This document shows positions 54,635-64,000 of a stretch of DNA of 64,000 nucleotides, in pieces. This DNA is from Longimicrobium sp. (GTDB taxonomy: Bacteria > Gemmatimonadota > Gemmatimonadetes > Longimicrobiales > Longimicrobiaceae). The notes under the pieces are model-generated. The model ran no database searches. It worked only from the letters and a program-made list of their open reading frames with translations, and was not told the origin of the DNA. Made by a program: the position numbers and the translations under genes. The DNA lies in NCBI GenBank assembly GCA_036398975.1, contig DASWNZ010000208.1, positions 292 through 64,291 of the forward strand, read 5' to 3'. Every line of letters starts with the position of its first letter. The first letter of the stretch is position 1.

Positions 54635-54897
54635 TCTTCATCTCCGAAGACCCCGCCCCCTGGGACGACGACCTCGAAGCCGACTTCCCCCTGGGCGACG
54701 GTGTGGCGGACACCAGCGCCTCCGTGCAGTGCCCGTACTGCGGCGAAGTGGTGGAGATCGCCCTCGACCCCGGCAGCGGCACGTGCCAGGGCTACGTGGA
54801 AGACTGCCAGGTCTGCTGCCGCCCCTGGCAAGTCCACGTCGTCTACGGCCCCGACGGCGCGGCCGAAGTGTGGGCGGAAGCGGCGGACGGCGACTAA
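54631..54897 (+). CDS. CPXCG-motif cysteine-rich protein
   Basis: ATGA overlap with the MarR stop. 88 aa. CPYCGEVVEI...EDCQVCCRPW. Confidence 0.7.
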   Translation: MIFISEDPAPWDDDLEADFPLGDGVADTSASVQCPYCGEVVEIALDPGSGTCQGYVEDCQVCCRPWQVHVVYGPDGAAEVWAEAADGD

Positions 54898-54902
54898 AAC
54901 CA

Positions 54903-54986
54903 TCACACAGAGACACAGAGGGGCAAGGAAAGAACAGAGAAGATTTTCTCTGCGCCTTGCAGTTCCCTCTGTGCCCTCTGTGTGAG
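54903..54986. repeat. R5 palindrome (CACAGAG variant) between convergent genes
   Basis: TCACACAGAGACACAGAGG...CCCTCTGTGCCCTCTGTGTGA. Lies between the stops at 54897 (+) and 54992 (-). Confidence 0.85.
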
Positions 54987-54991
54987 GCTTT

Positions 54992-55981
54992 TTACGCCGC
55001 GGAAAGCAGCGAGCGGACGGCTTGCGCGCGGCGCGGTGCGCGGAGGGCGTCGAAGGCGCGGGCGGCGGCTTCCAGGTCCTCGCGGGCGGCGTCGGGGTCG
55101 CCGGTCTCCAGGCGGAAGCGGCCGCGCTCCACGCGCACCTCGGCGTCCACGAGGGGGGCGTAGCTCATCTCGCAGAGGGTGACGGCGCTGTCCAGCTCGC
55201 AGCGGGCGGCGGAGAGGTCGCCGCGCGCCCACGCCACCATCCCCAGGAGCTTCCGCACCTCGGCGAGGCCGTAGAGAGTGCTGTGGCAGTCGAAGCGGAG
55301 GAGCGCCTGGCGCGCGAACCGCTCGGCCGCGGGCAGGTCGCCGCGCATCAGCGCCACCTCGCCGCGGGCGACCACCGCGAAGGCGAAGAGCTGCTGCTCG
55401 CCGGCGGACTGCGCGAGGTCGGCGGCGCGGGCGAAGCAGTGGTCCGCCTCGTCCCACGACTTCATCACCTGGTGCGCGATCCCGAGGTTGTGGAGGATGC
55501 GCGCCTCGCCCAGCGCGTCGCCAAGCTGGTGATAGAGGGCCCGGGCGATCCGGTACCACTCGGCGGCCCTCCCCGGCTGCTCCCGCATGTCGTGCAGGAT
55601 GCCGAGGTTGGTGGCGGCGTCGGCGCGCACCTTGTCCATCCCCTCGCTGGCGGCGCTCTCCAGCGCGTCTTCCAGGCGGATGCGGGCGTCCTCCAGCGCG
55701 CCCATCTCCAGCAGGATCACCCCGGCCAGGTTCTGCGCCCGCAGCGCCCCCGCGTGATCGCCGCGCGCGCGGAGCTCCCGCAGCGCGTCGTCGGCGTGGG
55801 CGAGGGCGGCAGGGCGGTCGTCCAGGCGAAAGAGGGCTTCGGCCAGGAGGAGGAGGGCTTCGGGCTCGGCGTGCAGCGAGGTGCGCAGCGGCCCCAGCAC
55901 GCGCTGCACCGCCTGCCAGTGGCGCGCCTCCGCGAACCGCCGGGCCTCCGCCACGGCGGTGGGCTCGAAGTCGGGGCTCAT
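54992..55981 (-). CDS. tetratricopeptide repeat protein
   Basis: ATG 55981 (GAGGG upstream) within ORF 54992..56110. Serial TPR-like helices (NLAGVILLEMGALEDA, NLGILHDMREQPGRAAEWY, NLGIAHQVMKSWDEA). Confidence 0.7.
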   Translation of the reverse strand: MSPDFEPTAVAEARRFAEARHWQAVQRVLGPLRTSLHAEPEALLLLAEALFRLDDRPAALAHADDALRELRARGDHAGALRAQNLAGVILLEMGALEDARIRLEDALESAASEGMDKVRADAATNLGILHDMREQPGRAAEWYRIARALYHQLGDALGEARILHNLGIAHQVMKSWDEADHCFARAADLAQSAGEQQLFAFAVVARGEVALMRGDLPAAERFARQALLRFDCHSTLYGLAEVRKLLGMVAWARGDLSAARCELDSAVTLCEMSYAPLVDAEVRVERGRFRLETGDPDAAREDLEAAARAFDALRAPRRAQAVRSLLSAA

Positions 55982-56312
55982 GATCCTGGCCCTCACCCGC
56001 CGCTCGCGACGGCGTACCTGGTGCGCACCGATCCCATCATCGTTTTCATCGATACCGTCCCGCGGAGTGAGAGCGGGGCGGCCACCGGGGGCACGCCCGC
56101 CCCTGCCCAAGGGCGAAAGCGGTGCCGCGCGGGGTGGATCTCGTAAGGCGATGCGGTTGAATCAGATAGATGCCGCGGAGGGAGAGCGGCGGAGCAGGGT
56201 GCCGCGTGCGGATTCTGGACGAGGAAGCGCGGTGCGGACGAAAAGGCGAGCGATGCGGCGGCGATGCGTGGCTGCCCGGAAATCAGGCACCCTCCAGCTT
56301 CCGAACAGCGGT

Positions 56313-56381
56313 CTCACGCGGAGGCGCGGAGAACGCAGAGAACTCCGCCACCTCTTCCGCGTCTCCGCGTCTCCGCGTGAG
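56313..56381. repeat. R5 palindrome
   Basis: CTCACGCGGAGGCGCGGAGAACGCAGAG...CTTCCGCGTCTCCGCGTCTCCGCGTGAG, just downstream of the stop at 56391 (-). Confidence 0.85.
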
Positions 56382-56390
56382 GCAAAGCAG

Positions 56391-57158
56391 TCAGCGGCCG
56401 CCGCCGACGCAGGCGATCCGGGATAGGTTGTCGGCCGAGATCGGCGTCCACCTCTGGCTGTTCATGCGCTGGACGAACTGCGTGGTGTACACCTGGATCA
56501 CCGCGCCGCCCGCGATGACGTCGACGCGAAAGAGCTCCTGCGGACGGTACAGCTCGAGCTCCGCGAGGCCGCTGAACGCGGGCCGCTCGTCCACGATGAC
56601 GCACGGGCGCACGGGAGCGCCGCGGACGCGCACGCAATCCAGGCCGCCGCCCGAGGCAAGGCTGCCGCAGGTGGTGCGCGCCAGCCCCATCCGCGACTGG
56701 ACGAAGTCGCTGGCGTTGTTGGCCGCGCTCGCGGTGAGCTCGTCGCTGCTGAAGCCGCGCACCGTGAACCCGCTGGAGCGGAGACGCCGCTCGAAGCGGC
56801 GCGACTGCACCCGGACCGCCTCCAGCATCAGCGGCTCCGCCGCAAGCGGCACCTCCAGCTCCAGCCCTTCGCGCCCCACCCGCCACACGGACATCGTCGT
56901 GCGGTAGCCCAGGCGCGACACCATCGTGGGGTGGTCGCCCAGCGGCACGCCGCCGATCCTGAACACGCCGTTCGAGTCGCTGACCGCCGTGCGCTTCAGC
57001 GACGACATGCGCACCACGACCCCCCGGATCGGCGCCAGCGTCGCCGCGTCGACGGCGCGCCCCACGACGGAGGCCGTATCGGGCGCCTGGGCCGCGGCGG
57101 GCGCGGCCCAGGCCAGGAAGAGCGCCGCCGTCAGCCGGCGGATGGAGCGGAGGGGCAT
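56391..57158 (-). CDS. carboxypeptidase-regulatory-like domain protein, secreted
   Basis: ATG 57158 within ORF 56391..58202. Signal peptide LTAALFLAWAAPAAAQA. VVGRAVDAATLAPIRGVVVRM...TAVSDSNGVFRIGGVPLG. Confidence 0.7.
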   Translation of the reverse strand: MPLRSIRRLTAALFLAWAAPAAAQAPDTASVVGRAVDAATLAPIRGVVVRMSSLKRTAVSDSNGVFRIGGVPLGDHPTMVSRLGYRTTMSVWRVGREGLELEVPLAAEPLMLEAVRVQSRRFERRLRSSGFTVRGFSSDELTASAANNASDFVQSRMGLARTTCGSLASGGGLDCVRVRGAPVRPCVIVDERPAFSGLAELELYRPQELFRVDVIAGGAVIQVYTTQFVQRMNSQRWTPISADNLSRIACVGGGR

Positions 57159-57169
57159 CGTGGTGAAGG

Positions 57170-60151
57170 TCAGGGTTGCGACGCGGTCGTCGTCGCGCCG
57201 GTGGACGTGGCCGGGGCGCCGGGCTGCGGCACCTCGGCGGCGGGGAGCACCTGGTCGCGACCCTTGTTCAGGAAGGGGACGCCCTGGCGCATCCAGTCCG
57301 GCTGCGGGCGGCCCTTGAGGTGGTGATCGAAGAACTGCATCATCCGAATCGCGAGGTCCACCTGGTTGGCGCGCTTGGTGGGGTTGTGCTCGTCGCCGTT
57401 GTAGTTGATCAGGTACACCTCCTTCCCCAGCCGCCGCAGCGCCACGAACATCTCGATCCCCTGGTACCAGGGCACCGCGCCGTCGTTGTCGTTGTGCATG
57501 ATCATCAGCGGCGTCTGGATGCGGTCCGCGGCGAAGAGCGGTGAGTTCTCGATGTACAGCTCCCGGTTCTGCCACGGCGTGGCGCCGATGCGGCTCTGCC
57601 CGCGCTCGTACTGGAAGGCGCGCGCGAGGCCGCTCTGCCAGCGGATGCCGCCGTACGCGCTCGTCATGTTGGCCACCGGCGCTCCCGCCATCGCCGCGCG
57701 GAACATGGGGGTGCGGGTGATCATGTACGCCACCTGGTAGCCGCCCCACGACTGCCCCTGGATCGCCACCTTCGCCGAGTCCACGAAGCCGCGCCCGATC
57801 AGCGAGCGCACGCCGGGGACGATGGAGCGCATTGCGCTCTGCCCCGGATAGCCGGTGGTGTAGTGGATGTCCGGCATGAACACCAGGTAGTCGTTCGACG
57901 CGTACAGCGTGGGCTGGATGGTGTTGCGCGGCACGTCCATCCGGTACTGGTGCAGGTTGTCCGAGAGCGACTCGTAGAAGTAGACCACCATCGGGTACTT
58001 CTTCGAAGGATCGAACCCTTCCGGCTTGTAGAGGAGCCCCTGCAGGTCGGCGCCGTCCTCGGACCGCCAGCTCACCAGCTCCACGCTCGGCCAGCGGTAG
58101 CGCGACTGCTGCGGGTTCGCCTCGCTCATCCGCCGCGCATCGGCAAAGGTGGCGCCGCTTACCCACACGTCCGGGAATTCGCGGACGGTCTGCCGCGTCC
58201 ACAGGTAAACGTCGGCTTCACGGGCCTTGCTGGGAGTGCCGAGCTGCCGGTCTTCCATCACCAGCCGCACCGGCGCGGCGTCGGAGCCCAACTGGTCGCG
58301 GAAGTACCCGCTGGCCTTGGTGTCCTCGTTGAAGACGCGCAGCAGCAGCGGCTGGCGCGGGTCGATGGAGCGCTCCTCGGGGTCCAGGTCCACCCAGCGG
58401 AACACCATCTTCCCGCGGCGGCCGGCGGAGTCGGTCACCACGCGGGCGGGGCGGCGGCCGGCGGGGTCCAGCTCCCACACGTCGAAGCGGTCGTAGACGA
58501 GCACCGAGCGGTCGCCCTGCGTCCAGCCGGCGACGCCCCAGGGGGCGGGATCGGAGGGGGTGTCCCACGTCTCCTGGTCGAAGCGCACGCCCAGCCGCCC
58601 CGTGAGGTCCGTGGTGCGCCCGGTGGCGACGTCATAGGAGTGCCAGCGGCGGTCGCGGTCGAAGAAGAGGACGAAGCGGCCGCCGGGGGAGAGCTGCGGG
58701 TCGAAGGGGATGCGCGTGGCCACGGGACGGCGCGCGCCGGTGCGGGTGTCGATGGCGTACACGTCCGCGCCGCCCTCGCCCCACATCGCCTGCACGCCGT
58801 AGCGCATCTCGTCGCTCGCGATGGCGACGCGCCCGTCGTCGGAGAGCTGCACCCCGCGCAGGGTGTCGTTGCCGATGACCACCGGCCGCTCGCCGGGGCG
58901 CACGATGGCCGTCCACGCGCTGTCGCGGTCGCGCGCGGCTTCCACGCGCTGCTGCGGCTGCAGGCGCGGATCGCGGTAGTTCCACAGGTCGAAGACGGCC
59001 TTGTCCGCCAGCGAGTCGGCGGGGATGGAGTCGGGGGTCACGGGGATGACGCCGAACACCACCGCGCCTCCGTCCTCGGTAAAGCGGATGCGGCCCCGCT
59101 CCGCCACCATCCGCCCGCTCCCCACCTGGTCCGCATCCACCACGCGGCGCACGCGCGGCTCGCCGCCGCCGAGGGACGCGTGGTACAGCGCGGAGAGCGG
59201 CTTGTCGCGGTCGCGCGAGTCGCGGTCGGTGGTGAAGGCCGCCTGGCGCCCGTCGTCGCTGAAGGTGAGGCCGCGGTAGCCGCCCGCGCCGGCCAGCAGC
59301 GTGTGCGTGCGCCCGCCGGCGAGGTCGCGCAGGTAGGCGCCGTCACTGTCGTCGCGGCGCGCGGCGACGGTGTACCCCAGCCAGCGCCCGCCCCGGTCCA
59401 GGGTGAACGCCGTCACCTCCTCGATGCGCGTCTCGTTACCCGTCTGCAGGTCGCGCAGGACGAGGGTGGAGCCGAAATCCTTTTTCTTGCCGCCGCGCGC
59501 GGTGTCCGTGCTCACCGGACGCGGGGTGCCGCCGGGCGTCGCCGCCGCGGCCGGTGCCTGCCCTGGAGCAGCCGCCGCCACTGCCGCCGCCGTGTCGCGG
59601 GCGGTGCGGGCGGCGGTGCTGTCGGTCTCCAGCAGATACGCCAGCCAGCGCCCGTTCTCCTCTGGCATGCGGAACGACCGCACGCGCGGCACCACCGTCA
59701 CGCGCCCGTCCGCGAGGCTCATGATCCCCAGCGACGAGCGGGGCATGTCCGCCGGCTTGCGGCGCTCGCGGCGGGCGCGGTCCCACTCGGATCGCGGGGC
59801 TTCGATGGAGAAGACGGCGAAGCGCCCGTCGGCCGAGAACTGCGCGCGGGAGGGCTGGTAGCCGGCCTCGGGGCCGGTGGCGCCGGCGCGGGTCTGCGGG
59901 CGGCCCACGTAGCCACGCGTGTGGCGATGCTCGGCCCCGCCGGTGGTGGAGCGCACCACCACCTCGCCGTCGCCCACCTGCGGCACCAGGGTGTACACCG
60001 CCCAGCGCCCATCGCGCGAAAGGGTGGCGCCGTGCACCGACCGCCACTGGTCGAAGTCGGCCACCGTGATCGCCCGGCGGCCCTCCTGGGCCATGGCGGG
60101 AACGGCGCCCAGCCAGAGCGCGGTCAGAAAAAGCGAAGCTCTGCGTTTCAT
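57170..60151 (-). CDS. S9 family serine peptidase with N-terminal beta-propeller
   Basis: ATG 60151 (MKRRASLFLTALWLGAVPAMAQ signal peptide) within ORF 57170..60346; upstream codons translate the octamer repeat. Nucleophile GQSWGGY, Asp HNDNDGAVP, His GDEHNP. Confidence 0.9.
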   Translation of the reverse strand: MKRRASLFLTALWLGAVPAMAQEGRRAITVADFDQWRSVHGATLSRDGRWAVYTLVPQVGDGEVVVRSTTGGAEHRHTRGYVGRPQTRAGATGPEAGYQPSRAQFSADGRFAVFSIEAPRSEWDRARRERRKPADMPRSSLGIMSLADGRVTVVPRVRSFRMPEENGRWLAYLLETDSTAARTARDTAAAVAAAAPGQAPAAAATPGGTPRPVSTDTARGGKKKDFGSTLVLRDLQTGNETRIEEVTAFTLDRGGRWLGYTVAARRDDSDGAYLRDLAGGRTHTLLAGAGGYRGLTFSDDGRQAAFTTDRDSRDRDKPLSALYHASLGGGEPRVRRVVDADQVGSGRMVAERGRIRFTEDGGAVVFGVIPVTPDSIPADSLADKAVFDLWNYRDPRLQPQQRVEAARDRDSAWTAIVRPGERPVVIGNDTLRGVQLSDDGRVAIASDEMRYGVQAMWGEGGADVYAIDTRTGARRPVATRIPFDPQLSPGGRFVLFFDRDRRWHSYDVATGRTTDLTGRLGVRFDQETWDTPSDPAPWGVAGWTQGDRSVLVYDRFDVWELDPAGRRPARVVTDSAGRRGKMVFRWVDLDPEERSIDPRQPLLLRVFNEDTKASGYFRDQLGSDAAPVRLVMEDRQLGTPSKAREADVYLWTRQTVREFPDVWVSGATFADARRMSEANPQQSRYRWPSVELVSWRSEDGADLQGLLYKPEGFDPSKKYPMVVYFYESLSDNLHQYRMDVPRNTIQPTLYASNDYLVFMPDIHYTTGYPGQSAMRSIVPGVRSLIGRGFVDSAKVAIQGQSWGGYQVAYMITRTPMFRAAMAGAPVANMTSAYGGIRWQSGLARAFQYERGQSRIGATPWQNRELYIENSPLFAADRIQTPLMIMHNDNDGAVPWYQGIEMFVALRRLGKEVYLINYNGDEHNPTKRANQVDLAIRMMQFFDHHLKGRPQPDWMRQGVPFLNKGRDQVLPAAEVPQPGAPATSTGATTTASQP

Positions 60152-60281
60152 ACGTCGGGATGGCGGCGAAAGGGTGGCGCGGGACCCCGGGGCGGGGAAC
60201 AGGCGTATACGTAGCACCGGCGGCGGGGCGGGGGCAAGCGGGGGGCGGGCGTTGGGCGCGGGGCGGGGGTTTTGCGTAGGG

Positions 60282-60366
60282 GTGCGTGAGTGCGTTAGTG
60301 CGTGAGTGCGTTTAACAAACGGCTCTTCCCTGGCGCACTGACGCACTGACGCACTAACGCACTTCC
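60282..60366. repeat. OCT inverted pair in a divergent promoter spacer
   Basis: Left arm 60282-60311 carries the same 29-mer as at 1091 and 50356. Right arm 60333-60366 GCGCACTGACGCACTGACGCACTAACGCACTTCC, 15 nt before the sixA ATG. Confidence 0.9.
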
Positions 60367-60381
60367 TTACCAGCCGCCACC

Positions 60382-60894
60382 ATGCAACTCCTCATCATCC
60401 GCCACGCCATCGCCGAAGACCGCGACCACTGGGCCCTTTCCGGCCACCCCGACGCCGAGCGCCCGCTGACCGGGGACGGGAAGCGGAGGATGAAGCGCGG
60501 CGCGGCCGGGCTGCGGGCGCTGGTCCCCCGCATCGACGCGCTGGCCACCTCGCCGCTGGTGCGGGCGCACGACACCGCCGTCATCGTCGCGCGGGAGTAC
60601 GACGGGATGGCGATGGAGATCGTGACCGAGCTGTCGCCCGAGCGCGGGGCGGACGACCTCCTCCCCTGGCTGCGCGGGCACGGGCCGGACGCCGTGGTGG
60701 CGATCGTGGGGCACGAGCCGGGGCTCGGCTGCCTGCTGGGGTGGCTGCTGACGGGGCGCCACCAGAGCTTCGTGGAGCTGAAGAAGGGGGCCGCCTGCCT
60801 CCTGGAGTTCGACGACCCGCCCGCCGCGGGGAACGCGACGCTGCTCTGGTCGCTGACGCCGGGGCAGCTCCGCAAGCTGGAGCGCGCACGGTGA
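60382..60894 (+). CDS. sixA: phosphohistidine phosphatase SixA
   Basis: 170 aa. LLIIRHAIAE (RHA motif) and IVGHEPGLG. Confidence 0.8.
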   Translation: MQLLIIRHAIAEDRDHWALSGHPDAERPLTGDGKRRMKRGAAGLRALVPRIDALATSPLVRAHDTAVIVAREYDGMAMEIVTELSPERGADDLLPWLRGHGPDAVVAIVGHEPGLGCLLGWLLTGRHQSFVELKKGAACLLEFDDPPAAGNATLLWSLTPGQLRKLERAR

Positions 60895-62273
60895 CCGAAC
60901 GCTCCACGCTGCTCGACCTGCCTGCGGAGATGGCCGTCCGCTGGATCGCGCTGGGCCTGCTGGAAGAGGCGGCCGCCGCCCACGCCCGCCTCGCCGACCC
61001 GGCGGAGACGGACGCGCTCCACGACTTCCGCGTGGCGCTGCGCAGGCTGCGGAGCACCCTCCGCGCCTACCGCGACCTGCCGGGCGACGTGGTGCGGGGC
61101 AAGGACCGGCGCACCCTGCGCGAGCTGGCCCACGCCACCGGCGACGCGCGCGACGCGCAGGTGCAGAACGAGTGGCTCACCACGCGGCTCAAGAAGGCCC
61201 GCGGCGCGGAAAGGGTGGGGCTGCGCGACGCGCTGGAGCGCTCGCGCGAGCGGGCGGAGGCCGCGGGAGAGCAGATGCGGAACGCCTCCGCCGCCTTCCC
61301 GGCCGAGCACGAGCGTCTGGCGCGCCGCCTCCGCCGCTTCTGCACCGAGCTCACGCCCGGCGAGTCGCCCATCGAAACGCCGTTCCGCGCCGAGCTAGCC
61401 GCGCGGCTCCGCACCGAGGCCGACGCGCTGGAGCTGGAGCTGGAAGGGGTGCTGGACGAGTCGCGGCAGGACGAGGCGCACCGCTCGCGCATCGTCGCCA
61501 AGCGCATCCGCTACCTGCTGGAGCCGGTGCGCGACCTGGTGCCCGGCGCAAAGGAGATGATCAAGGAGCTCAAGGGGCTCCAGGCGCTCCTGGGCGAGAT
61601 GCACGACGCGCACGTCCTGCTGGGCGAGGTGTCGGCGGCGGTGGAGGAGGCGGAGGGCGAGGAGGAGGCGGGATCGCGCGCCCTGCAGCGGCGCCTTTCG
61701 GAGGAGCGGGCGGAGCACTTCTCCGCGCTGCGCGAGCGCTGGCTGCACGGCGCGGCCGCGGACCTCCCCGGCCGGGTGCGCGCCCTGGCGGACGCGCTGG
61801 AGGGCGCCGGACCCCCGCGCGAGATCGAGCGCAAGTACCTGCTCCGCAAGATGCCCGCGCTGGACGGGCTGGACGCGGAGCTGCGCCAGATCGAGCAGGG
61901 GTACCTTCCCGGCGAGCGGCTGGCGGAGCGGGTGCGGCGCGTGAAGACGCCTGACGGCACACAGTGGTTCCGCACGGTGAAGCTGGGCGCCGGCGTGTCG
62001 CGCATCGAGGTGGAGGAGGAGACCACCGACCGCATCTTCCGCGCGCTCTGGCGGCTCACGAAGGGGCGGCGCGTGCGCAAGCGGCGCTACGCGGTGAAGG
62101 ATGGGGAGCAGGTGTGGGAGATCGACCACTTCCGCGACCGGCGGCTGGTGCTGGCCGAGGTGGAGCTTCCCGCCGTGGACACCCCTGTGGAGGTGCCGGA
62201 CTGGCTGCGCGCCGTGCTGGTGCGCGAGGTGACCGGCGACCCGGCGTACGTCAACCTGAACCTGGCCCGGTAG
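60891..62273 (+). CDS. CHAD domain - CYTH (triphosphate tunnel metalloenzyme) fusion protein
   Basis: GTG 60891 overlaps the sixA stop (GTGA), in frame with ORF 60741..62273. CHAD helices with HDFRVALRRLRS and HRSRIVAKRIRY. C-terminal CYTH with the ExExK signature EIERKYLL. Confidence 0.8.
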   Translation: MTERSTLLDLPAEMAVRWIALGLLEEAAAAHARLADPAETDALHDFRVALRRLRSTLRAYRDLPGDVVRGKDRRTLRELAHATGDARDAQVQNEWLTTRLKKARGAERVGLRDALERSRERAEAAGEQMRNASAAFPAEHERLARRLRRFCTELTPGESPIETPFRAELAARLRTEADALELELEGVLDESRQDEAHRSRIVAKRIRYLLEPVRDLVPGAKEMIKELKGLQALLGEMHDAHVLLGEVSAAVEEAEGEEEAGSRALQRRLSEERAEHFSALRERWLHGAAADLPGRVRALADALEGAGPPREIERKYLLRKMPALDGLDAELRQIEQGYLPGERLAERVRRVKTPDGTQWFRTVKLGAGVSRIEVEEETTDRIFRALWRLTKGRRVRKRRYAVKDGEQVWEIDHFRDRRLVLAEVELPAVDTPVEVPDWLRAVLVREVTGDPAYVNLNLAR

Positions 62274-62311
62274 CGCTCCAGCGCCGCCGGCATTCCCCTG
62301 GCGGCGACTCC

Positions 62312-64000
62312 ATGAGGAAGCACCCCTTTCTCGCAGCGGCCTTAGCCCTCGCCCTCCTGGGCGGGTGCGTCCCCTTCGGCCGCCAGCAGAACCCGTTCGC
62401 GCCCAACGCGCGCCTCCCCAGCGACACGCTGGTGAGGACGGGGAAGCTGTCGAACGGCCTCACCTACTACGTGCGCCGCAACGCGGAGCCCCGGGCGCGC
62501 GCGGAGCTGCGCCTGGCGGTGGACGCCGGCTCGGTGCTGGAGGCCGAGTCCGAGCGGGGCTACGCACACTTCGTGGAGCACATGGCCTTCAACGGCACGC
62601 GACGCTTCCACGGGCACACCATCATCGAGTTCCTGGAGAAGTCCGGCATGCGGTTCGGGCCGGACGTCAACGCGTACACCTCGTTCGACGAGACGGTGTA
62701 CACGATGACCCTTCCCACCGACAGCGCGCGCTTCCTGGAGACGGGGCTAGACATCCTGGAAGACTGGGCGACGGGGATCGCCTTCGACACGGCGGAGGTG
62801 CGGCAGGAGCGCGGGGTGATCGTGGAGGAGTGGAGGCTGGGGCGCGGGGCGGGGCAGCGGCTGCAGGACCGGCACCTGGGCACCCTCTTCGGCCGCTCGC
62901 GCTACGGGAGGCGCCTCCCCATCGGCACCCCCGAGAGCATCCGCGGGGCGACGGCCGCGGGGCTGCGCGACTTCCACCGCAAGTGGTACCGCCCGGAGCT
63001 GATGGCCGTGGTGGCCGTCGGCGACTTCGACGCGGCGCGGATGGAGTCGATGATCCGCCTCCGCTTCGGCGCCATCCCGCCCAGCGACACCACGCAGCCT
63101 CGCCGCCTCACCTACCCCGTGGCCGCATCCGCCGGCACGCGCTACTCCGTGGCCACGGACCGGGAAGCGACCTCGTCCACCGTGACGGTGGTGCACACGG
63201 CACCGGCGCGCGTGCGGCGGCTGGTGCGCGAGTACCGCGAGGCCATCGTGGACATGCTGTACAACGGCGTCCTCAACGACCGCCTCAACGAGGCCACCCA
63301 GCGGCCGGGCGCGCCCTTTCTGGACGTCTCATCCGTGAGCGGCTCGCTGGTGCGCCCGCTGGACGCATACTTCCTCACGGCCCGCGCTCCCGAGGGCGGA
63401 ACGGAGCGGGCGCTGGCGGGGCTGCTGGCCGAGGCGGAGCGGGCGGCGCGCTTCGGCTTCACCCCCGGCGAGCTGGCGCGCGAAAAGGCCGAGCTCCTGC
63501 GCTCGTGGGAGCAGATCCACCTGGAGCGGGAGAAGACGACCTCCGGGCAGTACGCGGGGCAGTACGTGGGGCACTTCCTGTACGGCGGCCCCCTGCTGGA
63601 CGTGGACACGGAGTACCGCCTGCAGCGCGCCCTCATCCCCGGCATCCGCGCCGGCGAGGTGAGCGCGCGGGCCCGCACCTGGCTGGCCCCCACCAACCGC
63701 GCCGTGCTGGTGAGCGCTCCCGAGCGCAGCGGCGTCCCGCGGCCGGACAGCGCGCGCCTGGCCGCCATCGCGGACTCGGTGACGACCGCCCGGCTCACGC
63801 CCTACACCGAAGCGCTCTCCAACGCCCCGCTTCTCCCCAGGCCCCCGGCCGCCGGCCGCGTGGTCAGCCAGCGGATGCACGCGGAGGTGGGGGTGACGGA
63901 GTGGACGCTCTCCAACGGCGTGCGCGTGCTGCTGAAGCCCACCGACTTCCGCGAGGACGAGGTCACGCTGGCGGGCCGCAGCCCCGGCGGCACCTCGCTG
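62312..64000 (+). CDS. M16 (pitrilysin/insulinase) family zinc peptidase, partial; runs off the right edge
   Basis: Absent from the ORF track (edge-truncated). ATG 62312 gives MRKHPFLAAALALALLGGC (lipobox). Inverted zinc motif HFVEHMAFNG, then EEWRLGRG. Confidence 0.85.
   Translation, partial: MRKHPFLAAALALALLGGCVPFGRQQNPFAPNARLPSDTLVRTGKLSNGLTYYVRRNAEPRARAELRLAVDAGSVLEAESERGYAHFVEHMAFNGTRRFHGHTIIEFLEKSGMRFGPDVNAYTSFDETVYTMTLPTDSARFLETGLDILEDWATGIAFDTAEVRQERGVIVEEWRLGRGAGQRLQDRHLGTLFGRSRYGRRLPIGTPESIRGATAAGLRDFHRKWYRPELMAVVAVGDFDAARMESMIRLRFGAIPPSDTTQPRRLTYPVAASAGTRYSVATDREATSSTVTVVHTAPARVRRLVREYREAIVDMLYNGVLNDRLNEATQRPGAPFLDVSSVSGSLVRPLDAYFLTARAPEGGTERALAGLLAEAERAARFGFTPGELAREKAELLRSWEQIHLEREKTTSGQYAGQYVGHFLYGGPLLDVDTEYRLQRALIPGIRAGEVSARARTWLAPTNRAVLVSAPERSGVPRPDSARLAAIADSVTTARLTPYTEALSNAPLLPRPPAAGRVVSQRMHAEVGVTEWTLSNGVRVLLKPTDFREDEVTLAGRSPGGTSL

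Noticed and set aside
55982-56110. Longer TTG-initiated form of the TPR protein.
   Set aside because: There is no RBS before the TTG, GC3 drops in the extension, and ATG 55981 has GAGGG upstream.
60152-60346. N-terminal extension of the S9 peptidase ORF (MRQCAREEPFVKRTHALTHSRT...). Similar extensions occur at 3461-3586, 49058-49204 and 57159-58202.
   Set aside because: The extensions translate dispersed repeats (THALTHS from the octamer array, GEGPRGTSGGGG from R6). Internal starts give proper signal peptides or RBSs.

Overview
High-GC (about 70%) gene-dense bacterial chromosome window with about 55 protein genes. I could not recognise any rRNA, tRNA, CRISPR array, transposase or integrase. 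The ADOP-type permeases and the repeat families suggest a Gemmatimonadota/Acidobacteria-like soil bacterium, but this is inference only. Positions 1.9-23.6 kb are a MacAB-like efflux super-locus. It holds a small membrane protein, one HlyD/MacA adaptor, two MacB-type ABC ATPases and six tandem ~800-aa duplicated FtsX (ADOP-type) permeases. It is interrupted by a lower-GC opposite-strand NYN/zinc-ribbon gene and an amidohydrolase lipoprotein, and is followed by a DUF4097 protein and an NtrC-type sigma-54 activator with its histidine kinase. The rest is mostly housekeeping or envelope function. It includes Hsp33, peroxiredoxin, SLT transglycosylase, ferredoxin, DR2241+CbiX, PRTase, Rho, M50 protease, RsgA, a sigma-70 factor, thioesterase, quinone oxidoreductase, Amidase_3, S8/S9/M16 peptidases, MarR, SixA and a CHAD-CYTH protein. 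There is also a 'mobile mystery protein A/B' (HTH + Fic) cassette. The most unusual signal is non-coding. Almost every intergenic spacer is built from nested palindromic repeat modules of at least 7 families. The outermost layer is a dispersed 8-nt tandem array, (ACGCACTN)n, that occurs as long-range inverted pairs bracketing whole spacers and abutting start and stop codons. Many long ORFs in the six-frame track are alternate-frame or antisense GC artefacts, or translations of these repeats, and were not called.
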